The position numbers were made by a program, and so were the translations under genes. From Desulfuromonadales bacterium (GTDB lineage: Bacteria; Desulfobacterota; Desulfuromonadia; Geobacterales; Pseudopelobacteraceae): a stretch of DNA of 64,000 nucleotides. Below are positions 19,021 to 31,094 of the stretch, piece by piece. Below the pieces are notes generated by a model. That model saw only the letters and a program-made list of their open reading frames with translations, made no database searches and had not been told where the DNA came from. The DNA is taken from contig JBAXVG010000025.1 in assembly GCA_037129255.1 (NCBI GenBank), positions 120 to 64,119 of the forward strand, read 5' to 3'. Position 1 is the first letter of the stretch, and each line of letters starts with the position of its first letter.

Positions 19021-20121
19021 ATGATATTATTGAATCCACATTCGCTTTGCAGCATTCCGCTGCAGAACCGGGTGGTCATGGCCCCTATGACCCGTTCTCG
19101 CGCCACCGGTAATATTCCTAACGGGTTAATGGCTGAATACTACGGCCAACGTTCATCTGCAGGACTAATCATTACTGAGGGCGCATCACCCTCCCCGAAT
19201 GGACTGGGGTATGCCCGCATCCCCGGAATATTCTCTCCGGAACAGAGAGATGGATGGCATCTGGTAACCGATGCAGTTCATGCCGGCGGCGGGCGCATCT
19301 TCATGCAGCTGATGCACTCCGGTCGGGTCGGAAGCCGCCTCAACCTGCCGCTTGGGGGGGAACTTCTGGCGCCTTCGGCAGTCGCGATGAACGGCAATAT
19401 ATGGACCGACAGCCATCAGGAGCAGCCCTGCGACCTGCCTCGGACCATGAACTCCGCCGATATCGCCACTACAATCGACGAGTATGCCTCTGCTGCGGTA
19501 AACGCAACAGCAGCCGGGTTTGACGGCGTGGAGATCCATGGTGCCAACGGTTATCTCATTACCCAGTTCCTTGATCCGGGTTCCAATCTGCGGGAGGATG
19601 AATTCGGTGGCGATGCAATCCGCCGCAACCGTTTTGCTCTGGATGTGGTACAGGCAGTCATCAATGCCATCGGTTCCGAGCGCACCGGTATCCGGCTTTC
19701 GCCTTATGGAGTATTCAACGATATGAGCGGAGCCTATGAGGGGATTGCCAATCAGTACACGAAGCTTGCCGGTGACCTGGGACAACTCGGCCTTGCGTAT
19801 CTTCACATGGTCGATCATTCTGCCATGGGTGCGCCAAAACCTGATCCTGCTACTGTCCAGGCAATGTGTACAGCGTTCCGTTCTGCCGGCGGCCGGGCGG
19901 TCATCCTCTCCGGCGGCTATAACCTGGATCGTGCGGAGGCAGATCTCAACAGCGGCGCAGCGGACTTGATCGCGTTCGGGCGTCCGTTCATTTCAAATCC
20001 CGATCTTGTGGTTCGCCTGCGTGGCGCCCTGCCGCTGGCAGAACCCGATCAAACGACCTTCTACACCCCCGGACCGGAAGGGTACACGAATTATCCGGCT
20101 TTCAGCGATTGTACGGCTTGA
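19021..20121 (+). CDS. Old Yellow Enzyme family NADH:flavin oxidoreductase / alkene reductase
   Basis: GGAGG lies upstream of ATG 19021. OYE motifs NRVVMAPMTRSRA and HGANGYLITQFL. 366 aa. Confidence 0.9.
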   Translation: MILLNPHSLCSIPLQNRVVMAPMTRSRATGNIPNGLMAEYYGQRSSAGLIITEGASPSPNGLGYARIPGIFSPEQRDGWHLVTDAVHAGGGRIFMQLMHSGRVGSRLNLPLGGELLAPSAVAMNGNIWTDSHQEQPCDLPRTMNSADIATTIDEYASAAVNATAAGFDGVEIHGANGYLITQFLDPGSNLREDEFGGDAIRRNRFALDVVQAVINAIGSERTGIRLSPYGVFNDMSGAYEGIANQYTKLAGDLGQLGLAYLHMVDHSAMGAPKPDPATVQAMCTAFRSAGGRAVILSGGYNLDRAEADLNSGAADLIAFGRPFISNPDLVVRLRGALPLAEPDQTTFYTPGPEGYTNYPAFSDCTA

Positions 20122-20218
20122 ACACCCGGCTGCCTGCGTGTTCCGGGTGGAGAATTTGCGGATAATAGTTTACGTAAGCCATTTCGCGATTATTGTCACC
20201 ATTGGCAGACTCAAAATG

Positions 20219-20245
20219 AAAAAAGGGCAATCACATGGATTGCCC
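20219..20245 (-). terminator. Intrinsic terminator of metY
   Basis: On the minus strand, GGGCAATC-catgt-GATTGCCC (8 bp) is followed by TTTTTT. Confidence 0.7.
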
Positions 20246-20272
20246 GCACATACAACCTCATACAGCAGGCTC

Positions 20273-21616
<1,344 letters not shown>

Positions 21617-24421
21617 TCAAGTCAAGTTTATTTTTGTGCTGTGAACAATCCCGTCTGTGGTTGTGATATGGAGCAGCTTTGCCAATATATTCCGCAGCTC
21701 TTCCGGTTTGTACGGCTTATGAACAAACGCGGCATGTTCGTCATGTTTGATGATGTCCGATACCGACTCGACACTATAGCCGCTGCAGAACACGATCGGC
21801 AGAGTCGGGGCGATGCTGCGCAGTTCACGGTAGGCATCAATACCTCCCATTACCGGCATGATCAGATCCAGTAGAATCATATCGATCTCGTTACTTCGTT
21901 CGCGATAGATTTCAACTGCCTCGAGGCCATGTTGCGCTGTAATAGTTGCAAAACCCAATGATGCCAAAAGGTTGATCCCCATGTTGCACAGTGTTTCCTC
22001 ATCATCCACCAGCAGTATGGTGGTTCCTGCCTTTGCAGATGGAGTCAAAATCGCTGGAGTAGTGGTTGAATCCTGATAAGATATATCAGGCAGAGGGAAG
22101 CAAACCTTGAATTTTGTGCCGACACCAGGAGTACTGGTAACAAGCAGGAAGCCGTCGTGTGCCTTGACAATGCCCCGTATGGCCGACATGCCCAGCCCGC
22201 GACCGGTAAATTTAGTGGTGAAGAACGGCTCAAATATCCTCTTCTGCGTTTCCTCATCCATACCACATCCGGTATCGGTTACCTGCAGGCAGGCATAGCT
22301 GCCGACATGGATGGGCGTGCCAAAAGCATCCTTATCAGCTGTATTAGCCTCAACCACTAATTTTGAAAGAGCAACTCTGATGTCGCCGTTAGCTCCTCCG
22401 ATCGCCTCGGCTGCGTTGATGATCAGATTCATGACAATCTGCTGGATCTGGCCGATGTCACCCATGATTTCCGGGACGTCATGTTTCAAGTCAAGTTCGA
22501 TAGTCACATTTTTACTGATGGCCGCTTTAAGCATCTTCACAACTTCGTCCACCAGTAACCACAGACTGAGCCCTGTCTTCACTGATTCTGATTTGCCTGA
22601 GTACGTCAGCATCTGCCGGCAAAGATCGGCAGCCCGATTGGCAGCTGATTCAATCTGCAGGAAAGATGTTTTATATTCCTGTTCCGAATCAAGGTCCTCT
22701 CTGGCCAGGTAACAGTGTCCCAGGATGACCGTCAGAATATTGTTAAAGTCGTGGGCTATGCCACCGGCCAGCACGCCGAGGCTCTCCAGTTTCTGGGCAT
22801 GGTGGAACTGTTGTTCAAGCTGCCGCCGCTCTTCTTCAGCCTGCTTGCGCTCAGTGATGTCACGATGGAAACATTGAATATAATTTTCCCCGCCGGAAGG
22901 GATCAGACTGGCCGACACTTCAAGAGGAAAAACATGACCGTCCTTATGGTAGTGTTCCACTTCAAAAGTCATGAGTTCTCCAGCCAACAGACGTCGAATC
23001 CTCCCCGGCGCCAGACGGAAGGTCTCAGGCGTATCCAGATCCTGCAGGCTCATCTGCTTGATTTCCAGCACGCTGTAGCCGTGCATCCGGGCAAATGAGT
23101 CATTGACTTCTATCAGCTTGCCGTCGGTCGACATAATGAATATTCCATCGCCAGCCCGGGTGAACAGGGCCCGGTAACGCTCTTCACTCTCCGCCAGTAC
23201 CGCCTCGGCCCGCTTGCGCTGGGTAACGTCACGGATGCTCTCGATAGCACCTATAGTGTTGCCGGACTGATCGTGCAGTGGCGAGGCTTTGGCAAAAACC
23301 CATGCGCCCTTGTTATTATAGAGGGACGGGCAAAATACTTCCGCTTTGAGGGTGTCACCTTTTCGGGTAATGTGCGGATAACGGGACTCAAGCTCCTTGC
23401 GCTCTTCAAAAACCAGATCCATCAAGTGTGGTCGTGCCTCTCCATAAAATGGGATTGTGCAGGCATACTCTCCTTTGCCGAGCATCTCCGCTGCCGGAAC
23501 ACCCGTCATTTCCTCGATGGCCCGGTTCCAGATAATGATCCTCTTTTCACGGTCAACGGCAAGAGTGGCATCCGGAAGAAAATCTATAATATCAGCTAGT
23601 TGCCTCTGGTTCCTCAGCAGTTTTTCTTCGCTTTCAATCAGGCTGTTACGCTCATTGCGCAACAATGTCATGGTACGGGATATTTTACGCGTACCAACCC
23701 AGATAAACCCCAGACCAAGCAGCCAGATAAACGCATGGATAGAAGCTACCTGCTGCATCTGGCCGTTCATCGGCGCTATAATAGGAACCAGGGAAAGCGT
23801 GACACTAACCCCTCCCCTCCCGTTTCCCTCTTGATATCCCTGGGTGGAATGACAGGTAAGACACGGCTTTTCGGTAATGAGCGGGCGCATGAAACGCAGG
23901 TGTGGCTGCCCATTAATCACTACCGGTTCAACGACCTCTTTTGCACCTTGCTCCAATATTTTGAGAGCCTGCATCTCCCAGGGATCAGGGTTATTCTCCG
24001 ACCGGAGCGGATTAAGACTGGTGATATGTCCCTGAGGAAGGTCCGGGCGCTCACGAGCCAGTTCGAAGATCTGGCGGGACAGGTAGGCCGGGTTGACAAG
24101 CGTAAGCCGCCTGCCGGACGGAGTGGTAATGTCGCGCTCGGGAATATGTGCAAGATAGGGGTTGGCAGGCGTGACAGCGGTTTCCGGCACGTAGACGTCG
24201 CCATGCCGGGTGGCCCAGCGGCGAAAGAGAATATCCTTTTCAAAAGACGCCAACGCCATGCTGCGTCCGATTTCACGGATAGCCTGACGGTTTTCTGCAA
24301 AGTAGGCAGCGAACAAAAAGGAAAGCAGTGTGGTCCACAGCAGAGAACAGATCGCGGCATACCGGCGTATTTTTCTGATTTCATCAATCTTCAGTGGAGA
24401 ATTTTCTCCGTGTGACTTCAT
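21617..24421 (-). CDS. Hybrid sensor histidine kinase with N-terminal DUF3365-type heme-c domain (CXXCH), PAS x2, HK, REC
   Basis: TM helix followed by a DUF3365-like domain ending KPCLTCH (CXXCH at 23849..23863). Two PAS segments. H-box [21 protein letters not shown]. HATPase boxes. C-terminal receiver [20 protein letters not shown]. Confidence 0.9.
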   Translation of the reverse strand: MKSHGENSPLKIDEIRKIRRYAAICSLLWTTLLSFLFAAYFAENRQAIREIGRSMALASFEKDILFRRWATRHGDVYVPETAVTPANPYLAHIPERDITTPSGRRLTLVNPAYLSRQIFELARERPDLPQGHITSLNPLRSENNPDPWEMQALKILEQGAKEVVEPVVINGQPHLRFMRPLITEKPCLTCHSTQGYQEGNGRGGVSVTLSLVPIIAPMNGQMQQVASIHAFIWLLGLGFIWVGTRKISRTMTLLRNERNSLIESEEKLLRNQRQLADIIDFLPDATLAVDREKRIIIWNRAIEEMTGVPAAEMLGKGEYACTIPFYGEARPHLMDLVFEERKELESRYPHITRKGDTLKAEVFCPSLYNNKGAWVFAKASPLHDQSGNTIGAIESIRDVTQRKRAEAVLAESEERYRALFTRAGDGIFIMSTDGKLIEVNDSFARMHGYSVLEIKQMSLQDLDTPETFRLAPGRIRRLLAGELMTFEVEHYHKDGHVFPLEVSASLIPSGGENYIQCFHRDITERKQAEEERRQLEQQFHHAQKLESLGVLAGGIAHDFNNILTVILGHCYLAREDLDSEQEYKTSFLQIESAANRAADLCRQMLTYSGKSESVKTGLSLWLLVDEVVKMLKAAISKNVTIELDLKHDVPEIMGDIGQIQQIVMNLIINAAEAIGGANGDIRVALSKLVVEANTADKDAFGTPIHVGSYACLQVTDTGCGMDEETQKRIFEPFFTTKFTGRGLGMSAIRGIVKAHDGFLLVTSTPGVGTKFKVCFPLPDISYQDSTTTPAILTPSAKAGTTILLVDDEETLCNMGINLLASLGFATITAQHGLEAVEIYRERSNEIDMILLDLIMPVMGGIDAYRELRSIAPTLPIVFCSGYSVESVSDIIKHDEHAAFVHKPYKPEELRNILAKLLHITTTDGIVHSTKINLT

Positions 24422-24446
24422 ATAGTATTGCCTTTATAGAGTTTAT

Positions 24447-24812
24447 TCAGATTGTAATTGTTTCTCCGGGTCGTAAACGTTTCTGTTCGTGCTTGACCGG
24501 ACCACTGATTGAAGCTGCCAGAAGATAAAAAAACAGCGCGATCAGAAAGGAAATTATCAGAAAAGCCGGCAGAATTCGGACAGATTCGTCCTGTTTTTGC
24601 GAGGAGAGCACGAATCCGAGCGCTGCCAGAACAACGCCATAACTCCCAATTGCTGCCGCCCAGAATATACCCAGGCTATAGATGCGGTTCTCGGCAGCAA
24701 ATGATAAAAATAGGATATCAGCAAGATTGCCATGATAAAAACTCACCAGAATTATCAGAATCAAGGCTGCCATAACCAGGCGCATGCCATTTCTGACGGT
24801 ACGTTTACGCAT
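24447..24812 (-). CDS. hypothetical membrane protein
   Basis: 121 aa with 3-4 hydrophobic helices and a GGAGG RBS. No recognised family. Confidence 0.5.
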   Translation of the reverse strand: MRKRTVRNGMRLVMAALILIILVSFYHGNLADILFLSFAAENRIYSLGIFWAAAIGSYGVVLAALGFVLSSQKQDESVRILPAFLIISFLIALFFYLLAASISGPVKHEQKRLRPGETITI

Positions 24813-24836
24813 TGCGCACCTCCGGTAAACGGACTG

Positions 24837-25445
24837 TCAGTAGCACCATGAAACCTCACCCAGTCCGGTCCGCAAAACCACCGGCACATCATTAATAAGG
24901 CTCACAACAGAGCTTACATCAGTGGCGAGGACACCGCCATCAATCACGAAATCGAGGTGGTTCCCGAACGTGTCGGCAATAACACGGGGATCTCCCTGCG
25001 GTTCCTCGCCGGAGAGATTGGCACTGGTAGTAATAATCGGATTGCCCAACGTCAATACAAGATCACAGCAGATACGATTATCAGGGATCCTGATACCAAC
25101 TGTCTTCTGGCGGGTCAGAAGCAGATCGGGCACCTCGCGGGTCGCCTCCAGCACAAACGTGTAGGGCCCGGGAAGATAGCGCCTGAGCACCTTGAAAGCA
25201 GCGTTGCCAACCCTGGCGTAGTGCGAAACCTCGGAAAGTGATGAACAGATAAAGGAGAACGGCTTGGAGCGCTCACGCGCCTTCATCTGATATATGCGTT
25301 CAATGCTCTTCTTGCAAAGGATAGAACAGCCGATCCCATAGGTAGTATCGGTAGGGTACGCAATGATTCCACCATGTTTCAGGCTGTCGGCAACGATAGA
25401 AATAGTGCGTGGTTGCGGGTGTTCAGGATGGATTTCAAGAATCAT
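24837..25445 (-). CDS. tsaC: L-threonylcarbamoyladenylate synthase (YrdC/TsaC family)
   Basis: YrdC-domain pattern GGIIAYPTDTTYGIG..R..KPFSFI..PGPYTFVL..SANLSGE. 202 aa. Confidence 0.85.
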   Translation of the reverse strand: MILEIHPEHPQPRTISIVADSLKHGGIIAYPTDTTYGIGCSILCKKSIERIYQMKARERSKPFSFICSSLSEVSHYARVGNAAFKVLRRYLPGPYTFVLEATREVPDLLLTRQKTVGIRIPDNRICCDLVLTLGNPIITTSANLSGEEPQGDPRVIADTFGNHLDFVIDGGVLATDVSSVVSLINDVPVVLRTGLGEVSWCY

Positions 25446-25501
25446 GAAGATGTCCGAAAAAAATATCTGGAACGCACATACGTGTATTTAAAATATATGA
25501 A

Positions 25502-26140
25502 TTACTGAAAACCACTGGACTGATATGTATGCATATATGAAAGCACACGATTCACATAGGTACGGGTTTCGTTGTACGGAGGAATCCCGCCATATCGGGC
25601 AACCCTGTTGAGACCGGCATTATAGGCAGCAAGAGCCAGAGAAATATCACCACGGAACGTGTCCAGCAGAAAACGCAGGTATTTGACGCCACCTTCTACA
25701 TTATCCCTGGGACTAAAACGGTCGGCAACCTTGAGTGATTTGGCCGTGGCAGGCATGAGCTGCATCAGTCCTTTTGCCCCTTTGCTGGACACAGCATTCG
25801 GGTTGTAGCCTGATTCGGCATGGATAACCGCTTTGACCAGAGAAACGCTGACTCCATATTTATCTGAACATGCCTTGATGATCTGTTCGTATTCGGCCGC
25901 GTTTACCGAGCTGGTATATTTCAGTTTCGTGCGCAATTCTTTATCCTTTTTCAAATCCCGCATGAAAATTTTGAAGCGCTTGTCAGTGGGTGCGTCAGTG
26001 AAGTGAACAATACCCTCATCATCCTCATAACGGTATATATCCGCAGTGGAATATGAATTCCAAAAGAAACAGATCAAGGCGGCCAGCGCCGGCACATGGA
26101 TCAGTTTTAGGTTCAAAAAGCTTGCAATAACAATCTTCAT
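25502..26140 (-). CDS. DUF4124 + SLT-domain lytic transglycosylase
   Basis: The ORF extends to a TTG at 26176, but ATG 26140 (MKIVIASFL.., signal-peptide-like) is preferred. DUF4124 motif DIYRYEDDEGIVHFTD. SLT catalytic region AVIHAESGYNPNAVSSKGAKGLMQLMP. Confidence 0.8.
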   Translation of the reverse strand: MKIVIASFLNLKLIHVPALAALICFFWNSYSTADIYRYEDDEGIVHFTDAPTDKRFKIFMRDLKKDKELRTKLKYTSSVNAAEYEQIIKACSDKYGVSVSLVKAVIHAESGYNPNAVSSKGAKGLMQLMPATAKSLKVADRFSPRDNVEGGVKYLRFLLDTFRGDISLALAAYNAGLNRVARYGGIPPYNETRTYVNRVLSYMHTYQSSGFQ

Positions 26141-26275
26141 GTACACCAATAATCCTGAAACATACGGATTTGTCAAGAGATATTCTGATCAATCGGTATG
26201 TGGCGGCAGTTTGAAATTGACATTTTAGAGGTCATGTTCTAAAAGATTCATATATGTCACAGGAGGATAGCAAGA

Positions 26276-27328
26276 ATGAGTAATAAGCACATGACGTACA
26301 AGGATGCCGGTGTGGATATTGCCGCCGGGAATAGTTTTATCAATGTGATAAAACCTCTTGTCAAAGCAACATTCCGTCCGGAGGTGCTTTCGGAAATTGG
26401 CGGTTTTGGCGGTTTGTTCTCACTGAACACCTCTAAATACAAGAATCCGGTGTTGGTTTCCGGTACCGATGGCGTCGGCACCAAACTTAAAATCGCTTTT
26501 ATGGCTGATCGCCATGATACCGTTGGTATCGATCTGGTTGCGATGTGCGTAAATGATATAATCGCTCAGGGAGCCGAGCCGCTTTTTTTTCTGGATTACC
26601 TGGCAACAGGTAAGCTTCTGCCGCAAAAAGCTTCCGGTATCGTTAAAGGGATTGCCGAAGGATGCAAGCAGGCCGGCTGCGCATTGATCGGTGGTGAAAC
26701 CGCTGAGATGCCCGGTTTTTATGCTGACGGTGAATATGATGTTGCCGGTTTTGCTGTGGGTGTAGTGGACCGTGATGCGATTATTGACGGTTCAGGAATA
26801 TCGGTTGGTAACCGGTTGATCGGTATTGCCTCCAGTGGATTGCACAGCAATGGTTTCTCTCTGGCCCGCAAACTGATCTTTGATCGTATGGGACTTGCGA
26901 TTGATTCCGAATTGACCGGTACCGGCTGCAGTGTTGCGGATGTCTTGCTCACACCCACTCGAATTTATGTTCGTGCCATCCTGAATCTTATCAAAGATTT
27001 TTCAATTAATGGTATTGCCCATATCACCGGTGGCGGCTTGCTGGAAAATCTCCCCCGTGTGTTGCCGAAGGGATGTCAGGCAAATATTTACCTGAAGAGC
27101 TGGGTACGTCCGGCCCTTTTCGGGATCCTGCGCGATGCAGGTAACGTTGAACGCGATGAGATGTACCGCACATTCAATATGGGAATCGGCATGGTGCTGG
27201 CTGTGCCTGATTTTCAGGCTGAAGACGTGATTGACCGTCTGAAGGGATTGGGAGAACAGGCCTGGATGATCGGTGAAGTTGCCATTTGTCGCGTCGGAAA
27301 AGAGCGTGTGGAACTGGTGGAAGGATAG
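26276..27328 (+). CDS. purM: phosphoribosylformylglycinamidine cyclo-ligase
   Basis: AGGAGG RBS. PurM signature [24 protein letters not shown]. 350 aa. Confidence 0.95.
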   Translation: MSNKHMTYKDAGVDIAAGNSFINVIKPLVKATFRPEVLSEIGGFGGLFSLNTSKYKNPVLVSGTDGVGTKLKIAFMADRHDTVGIDLVAMCVNDIIAQGAEPLFFLDYLATGKLLPQKASGIVKGIAEGCKQAGCALIGGETAEMPGFYADGEYDVAGFAVGVVDRDAIIDGSGISVGNRLIGIASSGLHSNGFSLARKLIFDRMGLAIDSELTGTGCSVADVLLTPTRIYVRAILNLIKDFSINGIAHITGGGLLENLPRVLPKGCQANIYLKSWVRPALFGILRDAGNVERDEMYRTFNMGIGMVLAVPDFQAEDVIDRLKGLGEQAWMIGEVAICRVGKERVELVEG

Positions 27329-27330
27329 TC

Positions 27331-27951
27331 GTGACGGACAAGCTTCCCTGTAAACTGGGGGTACTGGTTTCCGGCGGAGGTACCAATCTTCAGGCCATTA
27401 TTGATTGTATCGAAGCCGGTGAGCTCAATGCTGAAATTTGTTGTGTCATCAGTAACAAAGCGGATGCCTACGCGCTGACACGCGCAACATATCATGCTAT
27501 TCCGGTGGTAATTCACGAAGACAAGGGGTTTTCCGACCGTCAGAGTTATGATGCCGTCATTGCGGAAATTCTGCGTGAATATTGCGTGGAGCTTGTCGTC
27601 CTGGCCGGGTTTATGAGGATTGTATCAAAGATTATGATTGATGCATTTCCAAACGCAATCATGAACATCCACCCTGCTTTGCTCCCGGCTTTTCCTGGTC
27701 TTCATGCCCAGCAGCAAGCTTTGAACTATGGTGTGCGCTTTACCGGTTGTACGGTGCATTTTGTGGATTGCGGCACAGATACCGGACCGATCATTCTTCA
27801 GGCGGTTGTTCCCGTTGAACAGGGTGATACGGTAGATTCTCTTTCGGAGCGAATCCTGAGAGAGGAACATCGCGCGTTACCTGCAGCCATAAAGCTCTAT
27901 GCTGATGGCAAGTTAATGGTTGAAGGACGTCATGTTCGGATTCTGACATAA
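27331..27951 (+). CDS. purN: phosphoribosylglycinamide formyltransferase
   Basis: LGVLVSGGGTNLQAII, NIHPALLPAF and HFVD..DTGPII motifs. The GTG 27331 start is chosen over the in-frame ATG 27286, which overlaps purM by 43 nt, so the start is uncertain. Confidence 0.88.
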   Translation: MTDKLPCKLGVLVSGGGTNLQAIIDCIEAGELNAEICCVISNKADAYALTRATYHAIPVVIHEDKGFSDRQSYDAVIAEILREYCVELVVLAGFMRIVSKIMIDAFPNAIMNIHPALLPAFPGLHAQQQALNYGVRFTGCTVHFVDCGTDTGPIILQAVVPVEQGDTVDSLSERILREEHRALPAAIKLYADGKLMVEGRHVRILT

Positions 27952-28042
27952 TATATCACTTGACAACATACCTGTGATAATAGTAGAAAGTCAGCTTGGT
28001 TTGCACTATTCAAAATAGAAATAAAATCAATGGAGGTGTGGT

Positions 28043-28306
28043 TTGGCTCACCATAAGTCGGCAATCAAGAGAATTAAGCAGAATGCAAAAAAGAATGCGC
28101 GTAATCGTCATGTCTCCTCGACGCTGAAAACATATATCAAACGGGTTCGCGAGGCGGTTGAGGAAAAGGACAGGGATGCGGCAGTTGCTGCTTTGAAACG
28201 TGCGATTCCGGTCATTGATTCTACTGCTACAAAAGGGGTCATCCACAAATCCACAGCGTCACGCAATGTTTCAAGGCTGACAAGGCTGGTTAATACACTC
28301 GCCTGA
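28043..28306 (+). CDS. rpsT: 30S ribosomal protein S20
   Basis: [22 protein letters not shown] is the canonical S20 N-terminus. GGAGG RBS and TTG start. Confidence 0.95.
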   Translation: MAHHKSAIKRIKQNAKKNARNRHVSSTLKTYIKRVREAVEEKDRDAAVAALKRAIPVIDSTATKGVIHKSTASRNVSRLTRLVNTLA

Positions 28307-28333
28307 CAAAGACAGCTGTACACATATACTGAA

Positions 28334-28376
28334 AGGGGGCTGCAGATTCAGTGCACGCCCCCTTTTATTGTTTTTT
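28334..28376. terminator. Intrinsic terminator shared by convergent rpsT and malQ
   Basis: AGGGGGC-N16-GCCCCCT is followed by TTTTATTGTTTTTT on the plus strand. An A-rich tract lies on the other side. Confidence 0.75.
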
Positions 28377-28383
28377 GAAATAA

Positions 28384-29871
28384 TTACGTTTTGATTCTTC
28401 CATAAAGCTCAACCCGACTCCGCAGCAGAGCAACAAGGTCTCGTGGCAGCGCATCCCATGAGAATCGCCATTCCCAATTTCCAAAAGCGGTACCGGGTAC
28501 ATTCATACGGGCCTCATTTCCGAGCCCGAGCAGGTCCTGAAACGGGAAAATCACCGTGTCCGCAACAGACATGAGCGCCGCACGCATCATGCCATCCAGG
28601 ACGTCATTGTCTCCGGTTCCGAGATACTCCTGCACTCTGAGCCGTTGAGCTGCTGCAAGCGAATCGACCCATCCGGCCGTGGTGTCATTATCATGAGTAC
28701 CCGTATAAACAACACAGTTCTTTACGTGATTATGCGGTAAATAAGGACTGGATGGACCGGAATCAAAGGCGAACTGAAGAATCTTCATGCCGGGAAAACG
28801 GTAACGATCACGCAATACTTCGACTTCGGGAGTGATCACGCCAAGATCTTCAGCAATGATCGGCAGCGTTCCCAGACAGGAAAAAACCGACTCAAAAAGA
28901 TCAGCTCCCGGCCCTTTTATCCATTGTCCCCTCTGCGCAGTCCGGTGGGATGCCGGAACATGCCAGGCCGCTTCGAAACCTCGAAAATGGTCGATACGCA
29001 CTATGTCAAACATTTCGAACATTGCGCGGAAGCGCTCAACCCACCAGGAGTAGCCTTCTCGCCGCATCAAATCCCAATCATACAGCGGGTTTCCCCATAA
29101 TTGGCCTGTTTTGCTGAAATAGTCGGGCGGCACCCCGGCCACATCAACAGGCTTACCTTTGGAATCCAGTTGAAAGAGCGTTCGACGGCTCCATACATCG
29201 GCCGAATCGTAGGCGACAAAAATCGGAATGTCGCCGATTATTTTGATTCCCTGAGTAACTGCATAGTGCCGTAAAGCTTTCCACTGTCGGAAAAACTGCC
29301 ACTGCATGTATTTCTGAACTCCGATCTCCGGACCAAAGTCTACCGAGGCCTTTTCGTACAGTGAAGGCGTCAGAAGTGCCGCCTCTTTTGACCATTTATC
29401 CCAACTCTTGCCTTTGTAGTGATGTTTAATTGCCATAAAAAGCGCATACTCATGCAGCCAGGGAGTCGTGTCGCAGAAATACCAGAACTCTTTCTTGCGA
29501 GGTGACTCCTCCTCCGCCAGAAACGTGGAGCCTGCCTGGTGAAGCAACCGCAATTTCTCTAAGGAAACAGCACTGAAATCGACACGATTCCCGTCAAAAT
29601 TAACGTTGCAGCATTCAGTGGAAAGATCTCCTTCATCCGCAATCTGTTCAAGGTCTATCAGGAGAGGATTACCTGCAAAGGCCGAAAAGGCAGAATATGG
29701 CGAGTTGCCGCAGGCAGGTGGCGTAAGGGGAAGGACTTGCCAGTATGACATCCCCATTGAGGATATGACATCGATGAAGCGCCGGGCATCCATCCCCATA
29801 GAACCAATACCGCCCGCACCCGGCAATGACGTCGGATGCAGCAGAACTCCACATGCACGTTTACCTAACAT
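28384..29871 (-). CDS. malQ: 4-alpha-glucanotransferase (amylomaltase)
   Basis: GGAGG lies 5 nt upstream of ATG 29871. N-terminus RACGVLLHPTSLPG. Family motifs RIDHFRGF, GTHDNDT. About 495 aa. Confidence 0.9.
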   Translation of the reverse strand: MLGKRACGVLLHPTSLPGAGGIGSMGMDARRFIDVISSMGMSYWQVLPLTPPACGNSPYSAFSAFAGNPLLIDLEQIADEGDLSTECCNVNFDGNRVDFSAVSLEKLRLLHQAGSTFLAEEESPRKKEFWYFCDTTPWLHEYALFMAIKHHYKGKSWDKWSKEAALLTPSLYEKASVDFGPEIGVQKYMQWQFFRQWKALRHYAVTQGIKIIGDIPIFVAYDSADVWSRRTLFQLDSKGKPVDVAGVPPDYFSKTGQLWGNPLYDWDLMRREGYSWWVERFRAMFEMFDIVRIDHFRGFEAAWHVPASHRTAQRGQWIKGPGADLFESVFSCLGTLPIIAEDLGVITPEVEVLRDRYRFPGMKILQFAFDSGPSSPYLPHNHVKNCVVYTGTHDNDTTAGWVDSLAAAQRLRVQEYLGTGDNDVLDGMMRAALMSVADTVIFPFQDLLGLGNEARMNVPGTAFGNWEWRFSWDALPRDLVALLRSRVELYGRIKT

Positions 29872-30055
29872 CCATTCCTCCTCATAATTCTGAAATACTC
29901 GATGAATTAAGCACACTTTTAGTCAGTATGGCAAACAATATTCGAGTTTACCATACTCTGCCCTCTGCACATCTCTCTGTCGGGAAACCTTACACGGCAG
30001 AACATGATACTGGTAAGTTACAAATTAACCGCTATGATTTTAACTAATTACATAT

Positions 30056-30070
30056 TGGCACTTAATTTGC
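30056..30070 (+). promoter_or_regulatory. sigma-54 (-24/-12) promoter upstream of the PEP-CTERM protein gene
   Basis: TGGCAC-TTAAT-TTGCT matches consensus TGGCAC-N5-TTGCW exactly. About 80 nt upstream of ATG 30148. Confidence 0.7.
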
Positions 30071-30147
30071 TAAACCTTTATATGTGTAGTCACTGTTGTC
30101 ACTAATTAGTCTGCGGACATATTTTATAGTTTGAAAGGTGAAATACC

Positions 30148-30819
30148 ATGAAAAAGATTTTGATTGCCGGCTTATTCCTCGCTCTGTCGCTTGTCTCGGC
30201 TCTGTCTGCCTCGGCGTATACAATTACCATACCTGGTGGGGTTGGCGGAATGCCTTATTATGGCGGCGAATATGTCGGGCCGATAGCGGCTCAATTAGAT
30301 TATAAGTCGATAGTTGGTGGCATTACATGTGATGATATTAATTCGACTACATATGTACCCAATTTAACAGGATTCGGAGTCACTATAGAAACTATTTCGG
30401 ATCATCTTTCGAGTTTAGCAGGAGCGAAGTTTTATCCTGCGCTTTTAAAGTATGAGGCGGCTGCCTGGCTCAACACACAGATGCATAAGGCTTCTAACGC
30501 TTCTAAGCCTGAATTTGTCGGGGCGATCCAGTTTGCTATCTGGGAGTTATTTACACCGGGAGCCTGGAATAAATTGTCAGCCAACGCAGCACTTCTGGCT
30601 TCATCACAATCATGGTACGATTTAGCTATTCATATTGACCCGTTAGCTTACGATTTCAGCTCAATAAGAATTTATACACCTACTGACCGCACGAAAAACC
30701 AGGAATTCATCTCCGGTGATGTGAACCCTGTGCCCGAGCCTGGTACCATGATGTTGCTTGGTGTCGGGATGCTTGGCCTTGCTATTTTCGGTAAGCGCCG
30801 GATGAATAAAGAAGAATAA
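30148..30819 (+). CDS. PEP-CTERM sorting-domain secreted protein
   Basis: Signal peptide ending SASA. C-terminal VPEPGTMMLLGVGMLGLAIFGKRRMNK gives the PEP motif, a TM helix and a basic tail. Confidence 0.85.
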   Translation: MKKILIAGLFLALSLVSALSASAYTITIPGGVGGMPYYGGEYVGPIAAQLDYKSIVGGITCDDINSTTYVPNLTGFGVTIETISDHLSSLAGAKFYPALLKYEAAAWLNTQMHKASNASKPEFVGAIQFAIWELFTPGAWNKLSANAALLASSQSWYDLAIHIDPLAYDFSSIRIYTPTDRTKNQEFISGDVNPVPEPGTMMLLGVGMLGLAIFGKRRMNKEE

Positions 30820-30849
30820 ATTCTTATACTGTTTATTGGCAGGTTAGAA

Positions 30850-30878
30850 GGGTGTCGCTTTGGCGACACCCTTTTTTT
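30850..30878 (+). terminator. Intrinsic terminator
   Basis: GGGTGTCGC-tttg-GCGACACCC is followed by TTTTTTT. Confidence 0.85.
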
Positions 30879-30974
30879 GTCGGATAAATTGCGGCAGCGA
30901 GACATAGTATCGTAAGACAAAAGGATCAGACATCAAATAGTTGCTGTCAGACTACCATCTTAAAGTTATCAGGG

Positions 30975-31002
30975 TTGACCAAAATATCAGGAAATGTAAT
31001 AT
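30975..31002 (+). promoter_or_regulatory. sigma-70-like promoter candidate
   Basis: TTGACC-N16-TAATAT, about 90 nt upstream of the TPR gene start. Confidence 0.3.
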
Positions 31003-31094
31003 TGCAGAGGGTGCATTACCTGCTTGATAACGAATCATAGCCAATTGCAGCCGATGGAGCAGGCGGAACATTTTCATGTGATAAAGGAGCTTTT

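Noticed and set aside
26141-26176. TTG start at 26176 for the lytic transglycosylase, and the idea that ATG 26140 is leaderless behind a TTGACA-N17-ATTATT promoter.
   Set aside because: TTG with no RBS is unlikely. The leaderless idea rests on one weak -10 hexamer, so only the ATG start is reported.
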